A stretch of 63,996 nucleotides of DNA, counting the filler, from Candidatus Woesearchaeota archaeon (GTDB taxonomy: Archaea; Nanobdellota; Nanobdellia; Woesearchaeales; BM511), in NCBI GenBank assembly GCA_023266675.1. It is 4 parts of 4 records of this genome, joined end to end, with 100 filler letters (N's around TTAATTAATTAA, not from the genome) between each part and the next. Parts side by side here need not be neighbours in the genome. Positions count along the whole stretch, not along the records: positions 16,569 to 32,990 come from JAHFPP010000029.1; positions 33,091 to 49,438 come from JAHFPP010000030.1; 2 more parts are not named here. One strand, given 5' to 3'. Of the stretch, positions 27,476 to 38,440 are shown piece after piece; within the stretch, counting starts at the first letter, position 1, and each line of letters starts with the position of its first letter. The position numbers and the translations under genes are program-made. The notes below the pieces were generated by a model. That model worked only from the letters and a program-made list of their open reading frames with translations, was not told the DNA's origin and did not search any database.

Positions 27476-29299
27476 TTATTTGTTTTTTTCAGGATTATTT
27501 ATCTTCTGGTAAATCTCTTCTCTAAGCTTTTTAAAGTCAACATCGTTCTTGTTTCTTAGTGAGATATTTTGGTGCTCAAGAAGTAGAAGCGATTCTTTTA
27601 CCCGCAAATTATAGTCTTCAAAATATTTTAGTTTCTGGGAAAACTCATCATGAATTTGTTTTTTTAAGAGTGTTAATTCAGTATTTGCTTTATTGCCTTC
27701 TTTGCTTTTTATTGAATTGTAAATCTCATCTTTTAGTTTCTGTATTTTTTCGTCGTTGTTTTTTGAGATTTTATCCCTGTTATATTCAAGAAGTTCAACT
27801 AGTACTTTTAGGTGCTTGTTTTCATCTTCAAGCTTGTCGACTTTTCGTGAGATAATATCAATAGAATCTGTTTTTGCAAAATCTGCTGTTTTTGCGTTTA
27901 TACTAATAGCACTTAAGTCTGGTTTTTTAGACTTATCAATTTCTTCTTTAAGTTTTTTTAATGTGTGAATATTTTGATTTGTTAAAATCTCTGTTTGTCG
28001 TTCAAACCTGAATATAATGGCTTCATAATTTTTTATTTTTACGTCAAACTGCTCTTTAACTGTTTTCTTAAATTCATCAAATTCCTTTTTTGAAGGATTT
28101 TTCTGGTTTAACATAAGATTATTTTTTAGGTTATTAATGTCATTTTGAATGCTTTTGAATTCTTTGAGTGTTTCGTCATATTCTTCCTTGTCTTTTTTTG
28201 ATATCTTTAGAACAAGGTCAAGTCCGTTGCTTAACTCAGATAATTCTTCTTTTGATGGCGTCTTTGACAATTTTTGTTTTATGTTATCAAAATCATCTGA
28301 TAGCTTATCAAGCTTTAATCTTAACTCTTCAAGTTTTTCATTTAATTTTGATGAGTATTCATTCCTTTTCTTGATATCAGAAAGTTCAAGATTTATTTTA
28401 TCTGAGTACTGATTAAATAAGACATTAATGCCATCATTTAGCTTTGATATTTCTTCATTTATTGGCATTGCTTTATTTTGAGGATTAGTTTCAGAATCAT
28501 TTAAAATTTTATCAATTTTGAGTGTTAAATTATTTAATTTTTCTTTTATATCGCTAATTTCAGAAACTTCTTTGTTGGTTTCTTTCATTTCAGAGAGTTT
28601 AATGTTTATTCTTTCAATATTCTGATTTGATATTAAGACTATATTTTCTACCATATCATAATATTTTTTTAACTCATCTTTTATTTTATTTTTTTCTTCT
28701 TTCTGCTCTGGAATTCTGTTTTTAGTTTCTCTTTCCTCAAGAAGCTCTTTTAGAAGATTTGAATATCTCTCTTTTGTTTTGGCGTATAGCAAAAGCTGGT
28801 ATGCTTCATAGTCAAAAAAAACGTCTCTTAGCCAGTTTATGAAATCATTGTTTTGTATGTGCCTGTTAAATGATTCATCGCTGATTGAGTAAATGTTTTT
28901 ATATAAATCACTTAAAGACTTGAAATATCTTCCATCATCAAGATAAAAATATTTTTCTTTGGATACTTCGATTGATTCATTTCTGATGTTTTCTGGAAGC
29001 ACCAAGTTCATATCATCTTCTTTTCTAGTTTCTGCATCTTGAATACTTTGCTTTGTGAATGGGATGTCTTGAGAAGGATTGTAAGGTATTTCTTTTGGAG
29101 GATTTAACAGAAGGTCAAGTTCAAATGATAATTTTGGATCAAGTTCAAACAAAGGTTCAGTGTCAACTTTATTATTGTGATTGATTATATTTTGAATATG
29201 TGTATCTTCTTTTTTAGAAACTTCATCGCTTAGTTTGGGAGGAGTTATTACAGGTTCAGTTTTAGCCTTCCTCTTGAAAAAACTAAGCAAACTCCACAT
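27476..29299 (-). CDS. Large coiled-coil protein with small DUF5752-like domain
   Basis: FYLDDGRYFKSLSDL...FNRH..NDFINWLRDVF followed by about 400 aa of heptads. Confidence 0.7.
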   Translation of the reverse strand: MWSLLSFFKRKAKTEPVITPPKLSDEVSKKEDTHIQNIINHNNKVDTEPLFELDPKLSFELDLLLNPPKEIPYNPSQDIPFTKQSIQDAETRKEDDMNLVLPENIRNESIEVSKEKYFYLDDGRYFKSLSDLYKNIYSISDESFNRHIQNNDFINWLRDVFFDYEAYQLLLYAKTKERYSNLLKELLEERETKNRIPEQKEEKNKIKDELKKYYDMVENIVLISNQNIERINIKLSEMKETNKEVSEISDIKEKLNNLTLKIDKILNDSETNPQNKAMPINEEISKLNDGINVLFNQYSDKINLELSDIKKRNEYSSKLNEKLEELRLKLDKLSDDFDNIKQKLSKTPSKEELSELSNGLDLVLKISKKDKEEYDETLKEFKSIQNDINNLKNNLMLNQKNPSKKEFDEFKKTVKEQFDVKIKNYEAIIFRFERQTEILTNQNIHTLKKLKEEIDKSKKPDLSAISINAKTADFAKTDSIDIISRKVDKLEDENKHLKVLVELLEYNRDKISKNNDEKIQKLKDEIYNSIKSKEGNKANTELTLLKKQIHDEFSQKLKYFEDYNLRVKESLLLLEHQNISLRNKNDVDFKKLREEIYQKINNPEKNK

Positions 29300-29460
29300 A
29301 ATACACCCCTTTTTGACGTATGATTAAGTTAATGATATTTAAACATTTCTTTAAATATATATTTTAATATTAGTAGAGTGATAGTTAGGATATAAACTTA
29401 GATTACTACTTTAAAGTGATTTTTTTAATAAAATTTATAAATAAAATACCAAATCCTTGA

Positions 29461-30408
29461 ATGATGGATTATAGCAATGGCGCCAAGGAAAGAATAAAAC
29501 TTCTTGAGATAATAGTCAAAGAAAGATCATCCAGAGACAGTAAAGCTGTTAAAAAGCTTCTTTCAAAAAAAGAACAGAAACTCTATCACGCTGCACTGCC
29601 TTATTATGAGCTTGCTAACGCCAATGGACATGTCTGGGATAAAAGGCACATTGATTTTTCAACATCATTAACTGTAAAGGAATATGACTCAGAGTTTCGC
29701 GACATAATAGTGCCTGCAGTTATATTTCATGATTCAGGACGATATAAAACTCTTGACTCTAGAGACAATATGAAGTGGGACAGCTTTGCAAACAGAGTGT
29801 GGCATATGTATGAAGGCATGAGGATTGTTGAGATGCATATGCGAGGAAAAGATTATAGAAACGACTCCATTGATACAGTAAAGAGTATTGTCGGGCTTCA
29901 TGACTGGAATTATTTGGTGAAATTTGATTCTGACAAGGAAATTTCTGCGCTAAATAATCCTTCAATAATGTTTGGGGATGAAACACTCACACTTGAAGAA
30001 ACGTATAATGCAATTGAAAGGCTGTCAAGAACTGGGCTTCTTGAAGATGATGTTTTCAAGGTCTTCAATGATGTTGACAGAATAAATGTTCCTGCATCAG
30101 TAAGCTATTACAAAGATTACTACAAAAAACATCACGCTAAGTTTGGCAATGTAAGAGATTTTGCATTAATGCGAATGGTTGAATTTGATTTGGTAACTGT
30201 GTTTCTTGAAAGTATTGAGAATTGCGCAAGCAGGAAAGTCCTGTATACACCGCATGCAAAAAAGATTGTAGGCGAAATATTGGATGAAAGAATGAAAGAA
30301 GCAGATATTAAAGTATTATCTGTGAGTTCTCATTTTGATAAAGATGAATTCAGAAGCAGTATGGAAGGGATAATTGATAAGGAAAATATGTATGTTAGGT
30401 TAAGCTAG
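29461..30408 (+). CDS. HD-domain metal-dependent phosphohydrolase-like protein
   Basis: H...FHDSGR...H...LHD...DVDR pattern. Confidence 0.7.
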   Translation: MMDYSNGAKERIKLLEIIVKERSSRDSKAVKKLLSKKEQKLYHAALPYYELANANGHVWDKRHIDFSTSLTVKEYDSEFRDIIVPAVIFHDSGRYKTLDSRDNMKWDSFANRVWHMYEGMRIVEMHMRGKDYRNDSIDTVKSIVGLHDWNYLVKFDSDKEISALNNPSIMFGDETLTLEETYNAIERLSRTGLLEDDVFKVFNDVDRINVPASVSYYKDYYKKHHAKFGNVRDFALMRMVEFDLVTVFLESIENCASRKVLYTPHAKKIVGEILDERMKEADIKVLSVSSHFDKDEFRSSMEGIIDKENMYVRLS

Positions 30409-30846
30409 AATTTTATCAAGAATCTTCATCGCAACTTCTTTTTTGGCTGGGTACGCAGCAATTGAGATTCTTATATGAAAACAATTGCCATCATCTGTTA
30501 ATACAAACTTATTTTCTAATAGATATTCTTTATCAAGTCTTATGAAAAAATCTGCCGTATCATCAAGTCTGGATTCCTTTTGCTCAACTAATATTTTTCT
30601 TTGTCTGTCATCAAGCTTTGACATCAAGTATTCAAAAAAAGCCTGTGTGTAGCGCTGTTTTTGAAGAGTCACTTCAAGAATTGTTATTTTCCTGTCAAGA
30701 ATAATATCTGCTTTCTGAGATTTTAGTTCAATCTTTTCTTTTTCAAAATCAAAAGGAACAAGCGAAACTAATGCCTGTTTTATCTTTTCCTCATCATCCT
30801 CAGGCTTGCAAAAAACAGTTAATTTTATTGAATGGAAATATTTCAT
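30400..30846 (-). CDS. Archaeal RNA-binding protein (DUF54-like)
   Basis: EDDEEKIKQAL, FFIRLDK, AAYPAKKE. Confidence 0.8.
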   Translation of the reverse strand: MKYFHSIKLTVFCKPEDDEEKIKQALVSLVPFDFEKEKIELKSQKADIILDRKITILEVTLQKQRYTQAFFEYLMSKLDDRQRKILVEQKESRLDDTADFFIRLDKEYLLENKFVLTDDGNCFHIRISIAAYPAKKEVAMKILDKILA

Positions 30847-30947
30847 GATTATTGTTTAATTCTTATAGATTAAATACTTTATTGTTTTATTGAATGGCAT
30901 AGTAGCATCAGATTCATTTAAATATAACATCTTTTTATGATTAAATA

Positions 30948-31898
30948 ATGAAGCATAATTTTAAGATTACGTTTATTCTCATAAGCATATTTCTTCTTTC
31001 TCAGATTTTTGGCCTTTATGCACTAAACAAAGATATGACTGTGAATAAGAATATGACCACAGGGAAGATTGAAAGCGTAAGCTATAATGACCCAATAATT
31101 GGCGAGCGTCCAGAAATGAACAGCACTGAGGCGTTTTGGTATATGATTAGCGCGATAGTTATAGGAACATTGATACTTCTTATTATTATAAGATTCAAAA
31201 AGGTAAAGCTATGGAAAGCCTGGTTTTTTCTTGCAGTATTAATGACTGTTAGCACAGCGCTTGGAATATTTCTTCCTGGAATCATAGCGTTTGGGATTGC
31301 TCTTACACTTGTCATATTTAAAATCCTTAAACCAAATTTTTATGTACAGAATATCTCAGAAATATTGATGTATACAGGAATTGCCTATCTTTTTGTTCCT
31401 CTGTTTAAATTAAAAAACGGCGTTATTATGGGAGTGCTTTTACTTGTTATAATAGCTATATATGATGCATATGCCGTTTGGCATTCAAAACACATGGTTA
31501 AGATGGCTAATTTCCAGACAGAGGCAAAGCTTTTTGCCGGTCTCACAGTTCCTTATAAGCCAAAAGAAAATAATAAAGTTGATATAAAAGTTACAATACC
31601 TAGCGGCTCAGATTTTAAGAGTGTTGAAAAAAGCGAGAAGATTGCTATACTTGGCGGCGGAGACATTAGTTTTCCACTGATATTTTCTGGAATTGTGATG
31701 CAGTCACTTATAATGGAGTTTGGCGTTGACAAGACTCTTGCTTTCTTTGAAACCCAGATAATAACAGTTTTTGCTGCGCTAGCGCTATTGCTTCTTTTCA
31801 TATACGGAAAAAAGGACAGGTTTTATCCTGCCATGCCTTTCATATCAGCTGGGTGCCTAATAGGTTACGGCATAATTATGCTAATACAACTAATTTAG
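30948..31898 (+). CDS. Presenilin/SPP-family intramembrane aspartyl protease
   Basis: YD (IYDAYAVW), LGGGD and PAMP motifs; multi-TM. Confidence 0.92.
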   Translation: MKHNFKITFILISIFLLSQIFGLYALNKDMTVNKNMTTGKIESVSYNDPIIGERPEMNSTEAFWYMISAIVIGTLILLIIIRFKKVKLWKAWFFLAVLMTVSTALGIFLPGIIAFGIALTLVIFKILKPNFYVQNISEILMYTGIAYLFVPLFKLKNGVIMGVLLLVIIAIYDAYAVWHSKHMVKMANFQTEAKLFAGLTVPYKPKENNKVDIKVTIPSGSDFKSVEKSEKIAILGGGDISFPLIFSGIVMQSLIMEFGVDKTLAFFETQIITVFAALALLLLFIYGKKDRFYPAMPFISAGCLIGYGIIMLIQLI

Positions 31899-32162
31899 TT
31901 ACGTCTCTGCCATTCTTCTTATGCCTAAATCCGTAAAAATGTTATTTCTAATTTTTGTATTGTAAAGATTCCTCATTGCTCTCTTAAAAAGAATAAACTC
32001 TGGATGAGTCAATGGTTTACGAAATTTTGGCTTGCTGCTATAAAATGTCGGGTTGTATATTTTTTTCATATAGCGCTTTACTTCCTTTAGCTCCATGTAC
32101 CTCTGTGCTACACTCACTCTGGATGTTTTCTTGTCGTTTACATAATCTTTTAAGCTTATCAT
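31899..32162 (-). CDS. Small basic hypothetical protein
   Basis: 87-aa ORF with GGGGCGG and TATA-like element upstream. Confidence 0.5.
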   Translation of the reverse strand: MISLKDYVNDKKTSRVSVAQRYMELKEVKRYMKKIYNPTFYSSKPKFRKPLTHPEFILFKRAMRNLYNTKIRNNIFTDLGIRRMAET

Positions 32163-32223
32163 ATAAACCGCCCCCGTGATAAGAAGTTATATGTTTTCTA
32201 TGCTTATAAAGAATGAGGTTTAA

Positions 32224-32730
32224 TTACAGTTTTATTGATCGTTCAGCAAGATATGTAGCAAATAATAAGTTGTTTATATCATAAAATTGCTGTGCTTTAG
32301 GAAAGATGTTTTTTCCAAGGTCTGATACATGATGAATGTGACTTCTTGTTGTTATAAAATCAAGCAGGTATGGAAGCTTAGCCATGTTTTTATTATATGC
32401 TGCAAGGTCAAATCTATCATTTATTTCTCTTTCAACACCTGTTAATTCATTTTCAAGTCCTGTTGTTTCTATAAAAGAGGATGGAGAATATAATACAGAA
32501 TTTATATCAGTTCCTCCAAGTCTGTGTTTTTCATAAGTTCGATGGTTTCCTTCAATAATCGCATATCTTCCGTTATCTATTGGAAAAACCCATATCGGCG
32601 AGGCTTTTGGGGTCTTTCTTAACGAGTTTAATTTATCCATGCAGAGTCCAACCTGTAAAGGCTGCAAAAGGTCTATATCTATAGAAACTTCTGATTTGGA
32701 TTCAAGTCTTTCCCTAATATTATTAGTCAT
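32224..32730 (-). CDS. ParB/Srx-like N-terminal domain protein
   Basis: LQPLQ...PIWV...YAIIEGNHR motif. Confidence 0.65.
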   Translation of the reverse strand: MTNNIRERLESKSEVSIDIDLLQPLQVGLCMDKLNSLRKTPKASPIWVFPIDNGRYAIIEGNHRTYEKHRLGGTDINSVLYSPSSFIETTGLENELTGVEREINDRFDLAAYNKNMAKLPYLLDFITTRSHIHHVSDLGKNIFPKAQQFYDINNLLFATYLAERSIKL

Positions 32731-32798
32731 AAAGTAGATGTAGCAGTATTCCTATATAAATCTTTTGGTTTTTTACTACTTATTAGTAACTATACTGT

Positions 32799-32990
32799 TT
32801 ATTCAAGAAAATTTATAGGTTTTGTACCTTTTCCAAACATTTTTTTTAAAATTGTAAACCTGTAATGATTTAAAAGTGATTTTATGTACTGAGGTGTCTT
32901 TCCTTCTATCTCTCTTTTTACTTCATCATATTTATGCCGTGATTGAGGTGAATCAGGACTTATTTCATTATGCCAATATTGACGCCTATC
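32799..32990 (-). CDS. 3' fragment of hypothetical CDS at contig end
   Basis: Open frame from the N-run ending ...KMFGKGTKPINFLE*. Confidence 0.4.
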   Translation of the reverse strand, partial: DRRQYWHNEISPDSPQSRHKYDEVKREIEGKTPQYIKSLLNHYRFTILKKMFGKGTKPINFLE

Positions 32991-33090
32991 NNNNNNNNNN
33001 NNNNNNNNNNNNNNNNNNNNNNNNNNNNNNNNNNTTAATTAATTAANNNNNNNNNNNNNNNNNNNNNNNNNNNNNNNNNNNNNNNNNNNN
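32991..33090. other. Artificial contig linker
   Basis: N-run with TTAATTAATTAA. Confidence 0.98.
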
Positions 33091-34319
33091 TATGCGCACC
33101 ATACAACGCAGACTTTGACGGAGACGAAATGAACCTCCACATCCCGCAGACTGAGGAAGGAAGAGCTGAAGCAGAAACATTAATGGCAGTACACACGCAA
33201 TTGATTTCGCCAAGATACGGACTTTCAATAATCGGCTGTAACATGGACGCAATAAGCGGAAACTACATGCTAACAAAATACCTTGACAACGTTTTACGTG
33301 AAGAAGCAATCCAAATGCTGATAAGCATCGGCGTACAGGATATAAAAAGGCTTCCAAACAAGGAAAGAGTTTCAGGCAAAGATATCTTCTCACTAGTGCT
33401 TCCAGATGATTTCAACTTTAACGGAAAAGCAAGAGACGGCTCAGCTGTTATAATTGAAAATGGAAAGCTAAAAGAAGGAGTCATGGACAAGGCAAACCTT
33501 GGCGAAGGACACGGACTCATGCTACGAAACATTCACAAAAAGTACGGCTCAGAAAAAGCAATGGATGTTCTTGGAAAAATATTCAGACTAGGAATAAAAG
33601 CTTTACAGACAACCGGTCTAACAGCTGCAATATCAGACACTGATTTAACTGAAGATGGAAAAAACAGAGTCAACAAAATACTAACAGACGCGCAAATTGA
33701 AGTTAGTAAGCTAGTTGAAGGATTCTACAAAAACGAGCTTGAAGCATTCCCTGGACGAACAATTGAAGAGACACTCGAACTAAAAATACTTGAAGCTTTG
33801 AACAAAGCAAGAAACGACGCAGGAAAAGTAACTCAGGAAACAGTTAACAGACTTGGACACACAGCAATTTTGATTGATTCAGGTGCAAAAGGGACAGTAA
33901 TCTCAATGGCTCAGATGGCCTCAGTAGTAGGACAGCAGGCTTTACGTGGAAAACGAATGGACCAAGGATATGACGAGAGAACACTGTCATGTTTTGAACG
34001 AAAAGACCTCTCTCCAAAAGCAAAAGGATTTGTTGAAAACTCATTCAAGAAGGGCCTTAAACCATACGAATTCTTCTTCATGAGTATGACAGGACGAGAC
34101 TCACTGATGGATACTGCGCTACGTACTCCAAAATCCGGATACTTATACAGAAGGCTTGCAAACGCAATGCAGGATATAAGAGTTGAATACGACAGCACAG
34201 TACGTGACGCAACAGGAAGAATCGTGCAGTTCAAATACGGCGGAGACGGCATTGATGTATCAAAATCAGAAGGCGGCTCAATCAACATCAAAAAAATCAT
34301 TGAGACAATCAACGAATAG
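33091..34319 (+). CDS. rpoA1: DNA-directed RNA polymerase subunit A' (Rpo1N), 5'-truncated
   Basis: Catalytic [12 protein letters not shown] at contig start; [16 protein letters not shown]. Confidence 0.97.
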
Positions 34320-34330
34320 GTGAACAAAAA

Positions 34331-35461
34331 ATGGACCCAATACTAAAAGAATATGAAGACGTTCTTCCAAAAAAGATTCTTGAAGAAATAGATACGCTTT
34401 TGCCAAAAGGCGCATCAGCTACAAAGATAAAAAAAATAGCAGACAGAGTTGTTGAAGAATACAAAAACTCTTCAGTTGAAGCCGGCGAAGCAGTCGGACT
34501 TGTATCTGCAGAGTCGCTAGGTGAACCAGGAACACAGATGACACTAAACACATTCCACTTTGCGGGAGTCGCAGAGATGAACGTTACAATGGGTCTTCCA
34601 AGAATAATTGAAATACTTGACGGACGAAAAAATATTGCAACGCCAATGATGGAAATCTACCTAAAAGATCCTTACAGCAAAGGAAAGGACATCAGAAAGA
34701 TTGCTGAAAACATTAAAGAAACAATGCTTAAGGAATTCATCACCGAAGTTGACATTGATATTGCAAACATCTCAATGGAAGTAAAGCTTGACAGAAAAAA
34801 GATGGATGACAAAGGAGTCAAAGACACAAGAATCCTAAAGGCTCTTGAGCGAATAACAAAGAACTGCACAATCAAAGTTGAAAATGGAGTAATCTACCTG
34901 AAACTTAAAGGAAAAGATGTGAGTATAAACGAGCTTTACAGATTAAAAGAAAAAATAAAGGGAGTTTACATAACAGGCATAAAAAATATTAAACAAGTAT
35001 TGCCTGTTAAGCGAGACGATGAATTTGTAATAATAACTGCAGGAACAAATTTAAGAGAAGTTCTTGAGTTAGAATTTGTTGATGTCGCACGAACCCGCTC
35101 AAATGATACATATGATGTTTACGAAGTTCTTGGAGTTGAAGCTGCAAGGCAGACAATAATTTATGAAATTTGCAAAGTCATAGACACGCAGGGGCTCAAC
35201 ATTGATTTAAGGCACATAATGCTTGTCGCTGATGTCATATGCAATTCAGGCGCAGTCAAAGGCATAACAAGGTATGGAATAGTAAATGAAAAACCTAGCG
35301 TCCTTGCGCGGGCATCATTTGAAACTCCAATAAAGCACATAATCGAAGCAAGCCTAAGAGGAGAATTTGACGAGTTAAACTCAGTCATTGAAAACGTAAT
35401 GCTAAATCAGCCTGTCCCTATCGGAACAGGAATACTGAAGCTAAAGGCAAGAAACAACTAA
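34331..35461 (+). CDS. rpoA2: DNA-directed RNA polymerase subunit A'' (Rpo1C)
   Basis: [30 protein letters not shown]. Confidence 0.97.
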   Translation: MDPILKEYEDVLPKKILEEIDTLLPKGASATKIKKIADRVVEEYKNSSVEAGEAVGLVSAESLGEPGTQMTLNTFHFAGVAEMNVTMGLPRIIEILDGRKNIATPMMEIYLKDPYSKGKDIRKIAENIKETMLKEFITEVDIDIANISMEVKLDRKKMDDKGVKDTRILKALERITKNCTIKVENGVIYLKLKGKDVSINELYRLKEKIKGVYITGIKNIKQVLPVKRDDEFVIITAGTNLREVLELEFVDVARTRSNDTYDVYEVLGVEAARQTIIYEICKVIDTQGLNIDLRHIMLVADVICNSGAVKGITRYGIVNEKPSVLARASFETPIKHIIEASLRGEFDELNSVIENVMLNQPVPIGTGILKLKARNN

Positions 35462-35477
35462 ATACGAGGTCAAGAAT

Positions 35478-35759
35478 ATGGCAAAATCAAAAATAATAGA
35501 CGTTAACGAAGAAATAAAAAAACTTGTTGCAACACCAAAGGCAATAGTTGGAACACAAAAAACACTCAAAGGTTTAAGAGCTGGCAAAGTGGCAAAAGTG
35601 TTCTTAGCAAAAAATGTTAAGGAAACAACTAGAAGCGACGTAGAAAAATATTCAGGAATCGCAGGCGTTGAAATAGTAAGACTTGAACTAGGAAACGACG
35701 AACTAGGCACAATATGCAAAAAGCCGTTCTCAATCTCAGTTCTTGGAGAATCAAAATAA
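35478..35759 (+). CDS. rpl30e: 50S ribosomal protein L30e
   Basis: L7Ae/L30e motifs (ELGTICKKPF); canonical operon position. Confidence 0.92.
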   Translation: MAKSKIIDVNEEIKKLVATPKAIVGTQKTLKGLRAGKVAKVFLAKNVKETTRSDVEKYSGIAGVEIVRLELGNDELGTICKKPFSISVLGESK

Positions 35760-35764
35760 ATCAA

Positions 35765-36190
35765 ATGGAAAGTAAGATAATATATACAGGCGAAACGCTA
35801 AAATTAATGTCGCTGTTTGAGTCGCTAACTAGAACAAGGCTCAAAGACTGCTTCACAGACAACAATGATATGATGACGTTTGTTGTCATGAATGGCGAGA
35901 TAGGAAAAGCAATTGGCAAGAATGCGTCAAACGTTAAGAAACTTGAGAGCATGCTTAACCGCAAGATTAAAATAGTAGAATTTAATTCCGAGAGAGTAGG
36001 CTTTATAAGAAATCTTGTCAACCCAATAAGGCCAAGAAACATCACAGAAAACGAAGGCATAATCACGATTGAAAGCAGCGATTCAAAATCAAGAGGACTG
36101 TTGATTGGACGAAATGCTTCAAATTTAAGAAACTTTGAGACAATCGCAAAGAAATACTATCCAGAGATAAAAGAAATAAAGGTAGTATAA
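35765..36190 (+). CDS. nusA: Archaeal NusA (KH domains)
   Basis: GKAIGKN, LIGRNA KH loops; operon position. Confidence 0.93.
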   Translation: MESKIIYTGETLKLMSLFESLTRTRLKDCFTDNNDMMTFVVMNGEIGKAIGKNASNVKKLESMLNRKIKIVEFNSERVGFIRNLVNPIRPRNITENEGIITIESSDSKSRGLLIGRNASNLRNFETIAKKYYPEIKEIKVV

Positions 36191-36221
36191 GAAATCATAT
36201 TAACATAAAGGTGAATAATAA

Positions 36222-36659
36222 ATGGGAAAAAAAACAAACGGAATTAACACTGCTGCAAAACTTAAGAAAAGAAGAGCAGTAAGCAAATGGATGGATTACA
36301 AATACGCAAGAAGAATGTTAAATTCAAAAGAGAAATCAGACCCTCTTGAAGGAACATCACAGGCAACAGGAATAGTGCTTGAAAAAATCCAGCTTGAAGC
36401 AAAACAGCCAAACTCAGCAATGAGAAAATGTGTCAGGGTGCAATTAATCAAGAACGGACGACAGGTTACAGCATTTCTACCAGGCGACGGCGCAACAAAA
36501 CTAGTCGACGAACATGACGAAGTAATGATTGAATCAATCGGCGGAAAGATGGGACGAGCAAAAGGAGACATCCCGGGAGTTAGATGGCAGGTAATAAAAG
36601 TAAACGACCAGTCACTACGAGCATTACGATCAGGAAAACTAGAAAAAGCTAGAAAATAA
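36222..36659 (+). CDS. rps12: 30S ribosomal protein S12 (uS12)
   Basis: [24 protein letters not shown]. Confidence 0.98.
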   Translation: MGKKTNGINTAAKLKKRRAVSKWMDYKYARRMLNSKEKSDPLEGTSQATGIVLEKIQLEAKQPNSAMRKCVRVQLIKNGRQVTAFLPGDGATKLVDEHDEVMIESIGGKMGRAKGDIPGVRWQVIKVNDQSLRALRSGKLEKARK

Positions 36660-36675
36660 ACACGAGGAAATAATC

Positions 36676-37275
36676 ATGGTTGAAATAAAAGCATTTAACA
36701 GATGGGGCACAGAAGGAATAAAAGTTGACGACGTAGGATTACAAAGATACATAACATTAACGCCAACATTCGTGCCAAAAACAGGAGCAAGATACGCAGG
36801 CAAAAGATTCCATAAATCAAAAGTGTTTATAGTTGAAAGACTAATAAACAAAGTTATGGTTCCAGGCCACAAAGCAAAAAAGCACGTTATATCAAGCGGA
36901 CTAAACACAGGAAAAGCCCAGACAGCTTACAGGATTGTTGAGAAAGCATTTGACATAATCGAGCAGAAAACCAAAAAGAACCCAATCGCAGTATTTGTAA
37001 AAGCAATTGAGAACGCTGCACCACGTGAAGAAATAATCACAATCGAGTACGGTGGAGCAAGGTACCCAAAAGCAGTCGAATGCGCACCGCAAAGAAGAGT
37101 GGACATTGTCTTAAAACTTATGGCTCAAGGTGTATACCAGAAGTCATACGGAACAAGCAAAATAGCATACGAAGCATGGGCTGACGAAATCTTAAACGCT
37201 TACTACTTATCCGCAAACAGCGCAGCAGTGCAAAAGAAGCTCGAGCTTGAAAGACAAGCAGACTCTTCAAGATAA
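36676..37275 (+). CDS. rps7: 30S ribosomal protein S7 (uS7)
   Basis: IVERLINK, NAAPREE, ELERQADSSR. Confidence 0.98.
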   Translation: MVEIKAFNRWGTEGIKVDDVGLQRYITLTPTFVPKTGARYAGKRFHKSKVFIVERLINKVMVPGHKAKKHVISSGLNTGKAQTAYRIVEKAFDIIEQKTKKNPIAVFVKAIENAAPREEIITIEYGGARYPKAVECAPQRRVDIVLKLMAQGVYQKSYGTSKIAYEAWADEILNAYYLSANSAAVQKKLELERQADSSR

Positions 37276-37402
37276 AATTATATTTTTGTTTTTTTAAATA
37301 TATATTTTTTGAATTTAAAATTAACAAAGGATATGCTTTCTTAAAAAAATGAAATAGTTATTTAGTATGGAATAGATTTAGTAAGATTATTTAAAAGAAT
37401 GC

Positions 37403-38440
37403 TTATCCTAAACATAATTGAACTTCTTGTTTTTTTACTAAATTTGTATGGCATGTTTCTTCCCTTATTGATTTTAGGTCTTGCATTATTTTTATTGCCA
37501 AAGCTTCTGCCATCTTAACAGGAACAGCATTACCAATCATTTTATATCCGTCTGCAATCTGGTCATAATAAAATATAAAATTATCTGGAAATGTTTGTAT
37601 TCTTGCACATTCCCTAACTGATAACCTTCTGTATAAATGCTCTTTTCCTTTAACAAATTCTCGCTTATCTGGCTCGAGGAAGTTCATTTTTGGAGCTTTT
37701 GGATGACACGGTGCATGCCTTCCCCCTGCCTGTATTGTAAAAGATGGTTCATCCCACCCCCTAACCCTATTCCTTGACATGTATATGGTTGAAAATCCGC
37801 CATTCATATATTCATGGTTTTGAATTTTAAGCTTGCCATTAGTCTTGTTATTATGACTTGCAGCAATTGGCTCCGGTAAATCCTTAATTGCATCTTTTAA
37901 TGTTGGCTTAAATTTTTGTGGTTCTGGAAACTCAAATTTCTTTCCCATATTATTATGGTATCCGACAATTATAATCCTCTTCCTTTCTTGAGGCACACCA
38001 TAATCTTTGGCATCTAAAAGTTTAAATGTTACATTATACCCTATCTTTTTAAAAGAATTGATAATATTCATAAATTCAGGTAAATGTTTTGGTGAAAGAA
38101 TACCTGAAACATTTTCTGCAAGAAAAAACATTGGCTGCTTTTGCTTAATTAACCTTACATAATCATAAAAAACTTTTCCTCTTGGATCATTTATTCCTTT
38201 CATAGCACCTGCAAGACTCCAACTCTGACAAGGTGGTCCTCCAACAAATCCCACAACATCGGGGATATCGTGTGGCTCTAGTTTGGTAATTGATTTTTTA
38301 TTAACTGTTATACCATGATTTTTTTCAAATGTTTCCCAGCATCCATTCCAATTATCATTAGCAAATGCTACATCAAACCCTGCATCAGCAAAACCTAAAT
38401 CCAAGCCTCCAGCTCCTGAAAAAAATGATGCTATTTTCAT
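37403..38440 (-). CDS. C5-cytosine DNA methyltransferase (HaeIII/NgoPII-like)
   Basis: FSGAGG, GPPCQ, ENV, QERKR, YMSRNR TRD, GNAV. Confidence 0.95.
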   Translation of the reverse strand: MKIASFFSGAGGLDLGFADAGFDVAFANDNWNGCWETFEKNHGITVNKKSITKLEPHDIPDVVGFVGGPPCQSWSLAGAMKGINDPRGKVFYDYVRLIKQKQPMFFLAENVSGILSPKHLPEFMNIINSFKKIGYNVTFKLLDAKDYGVPQERKRIIIVGYHNNMGKKFEFPEPQKFKPTLKDAIKDLPEPIAASHNNKTNGKLKIQNHEYMNGGFSTIYMSRNRVRGWDEPSFTIQAGGRHAPCHPKAPKMNFLEPDKREFVKGKEHLYRRLSVRECARIQTFPDNFIFYYDQIADGYKMIGNAVPVKMAEALAIKIMQDLKSIREETCHTNLVKKQEVQLCLG

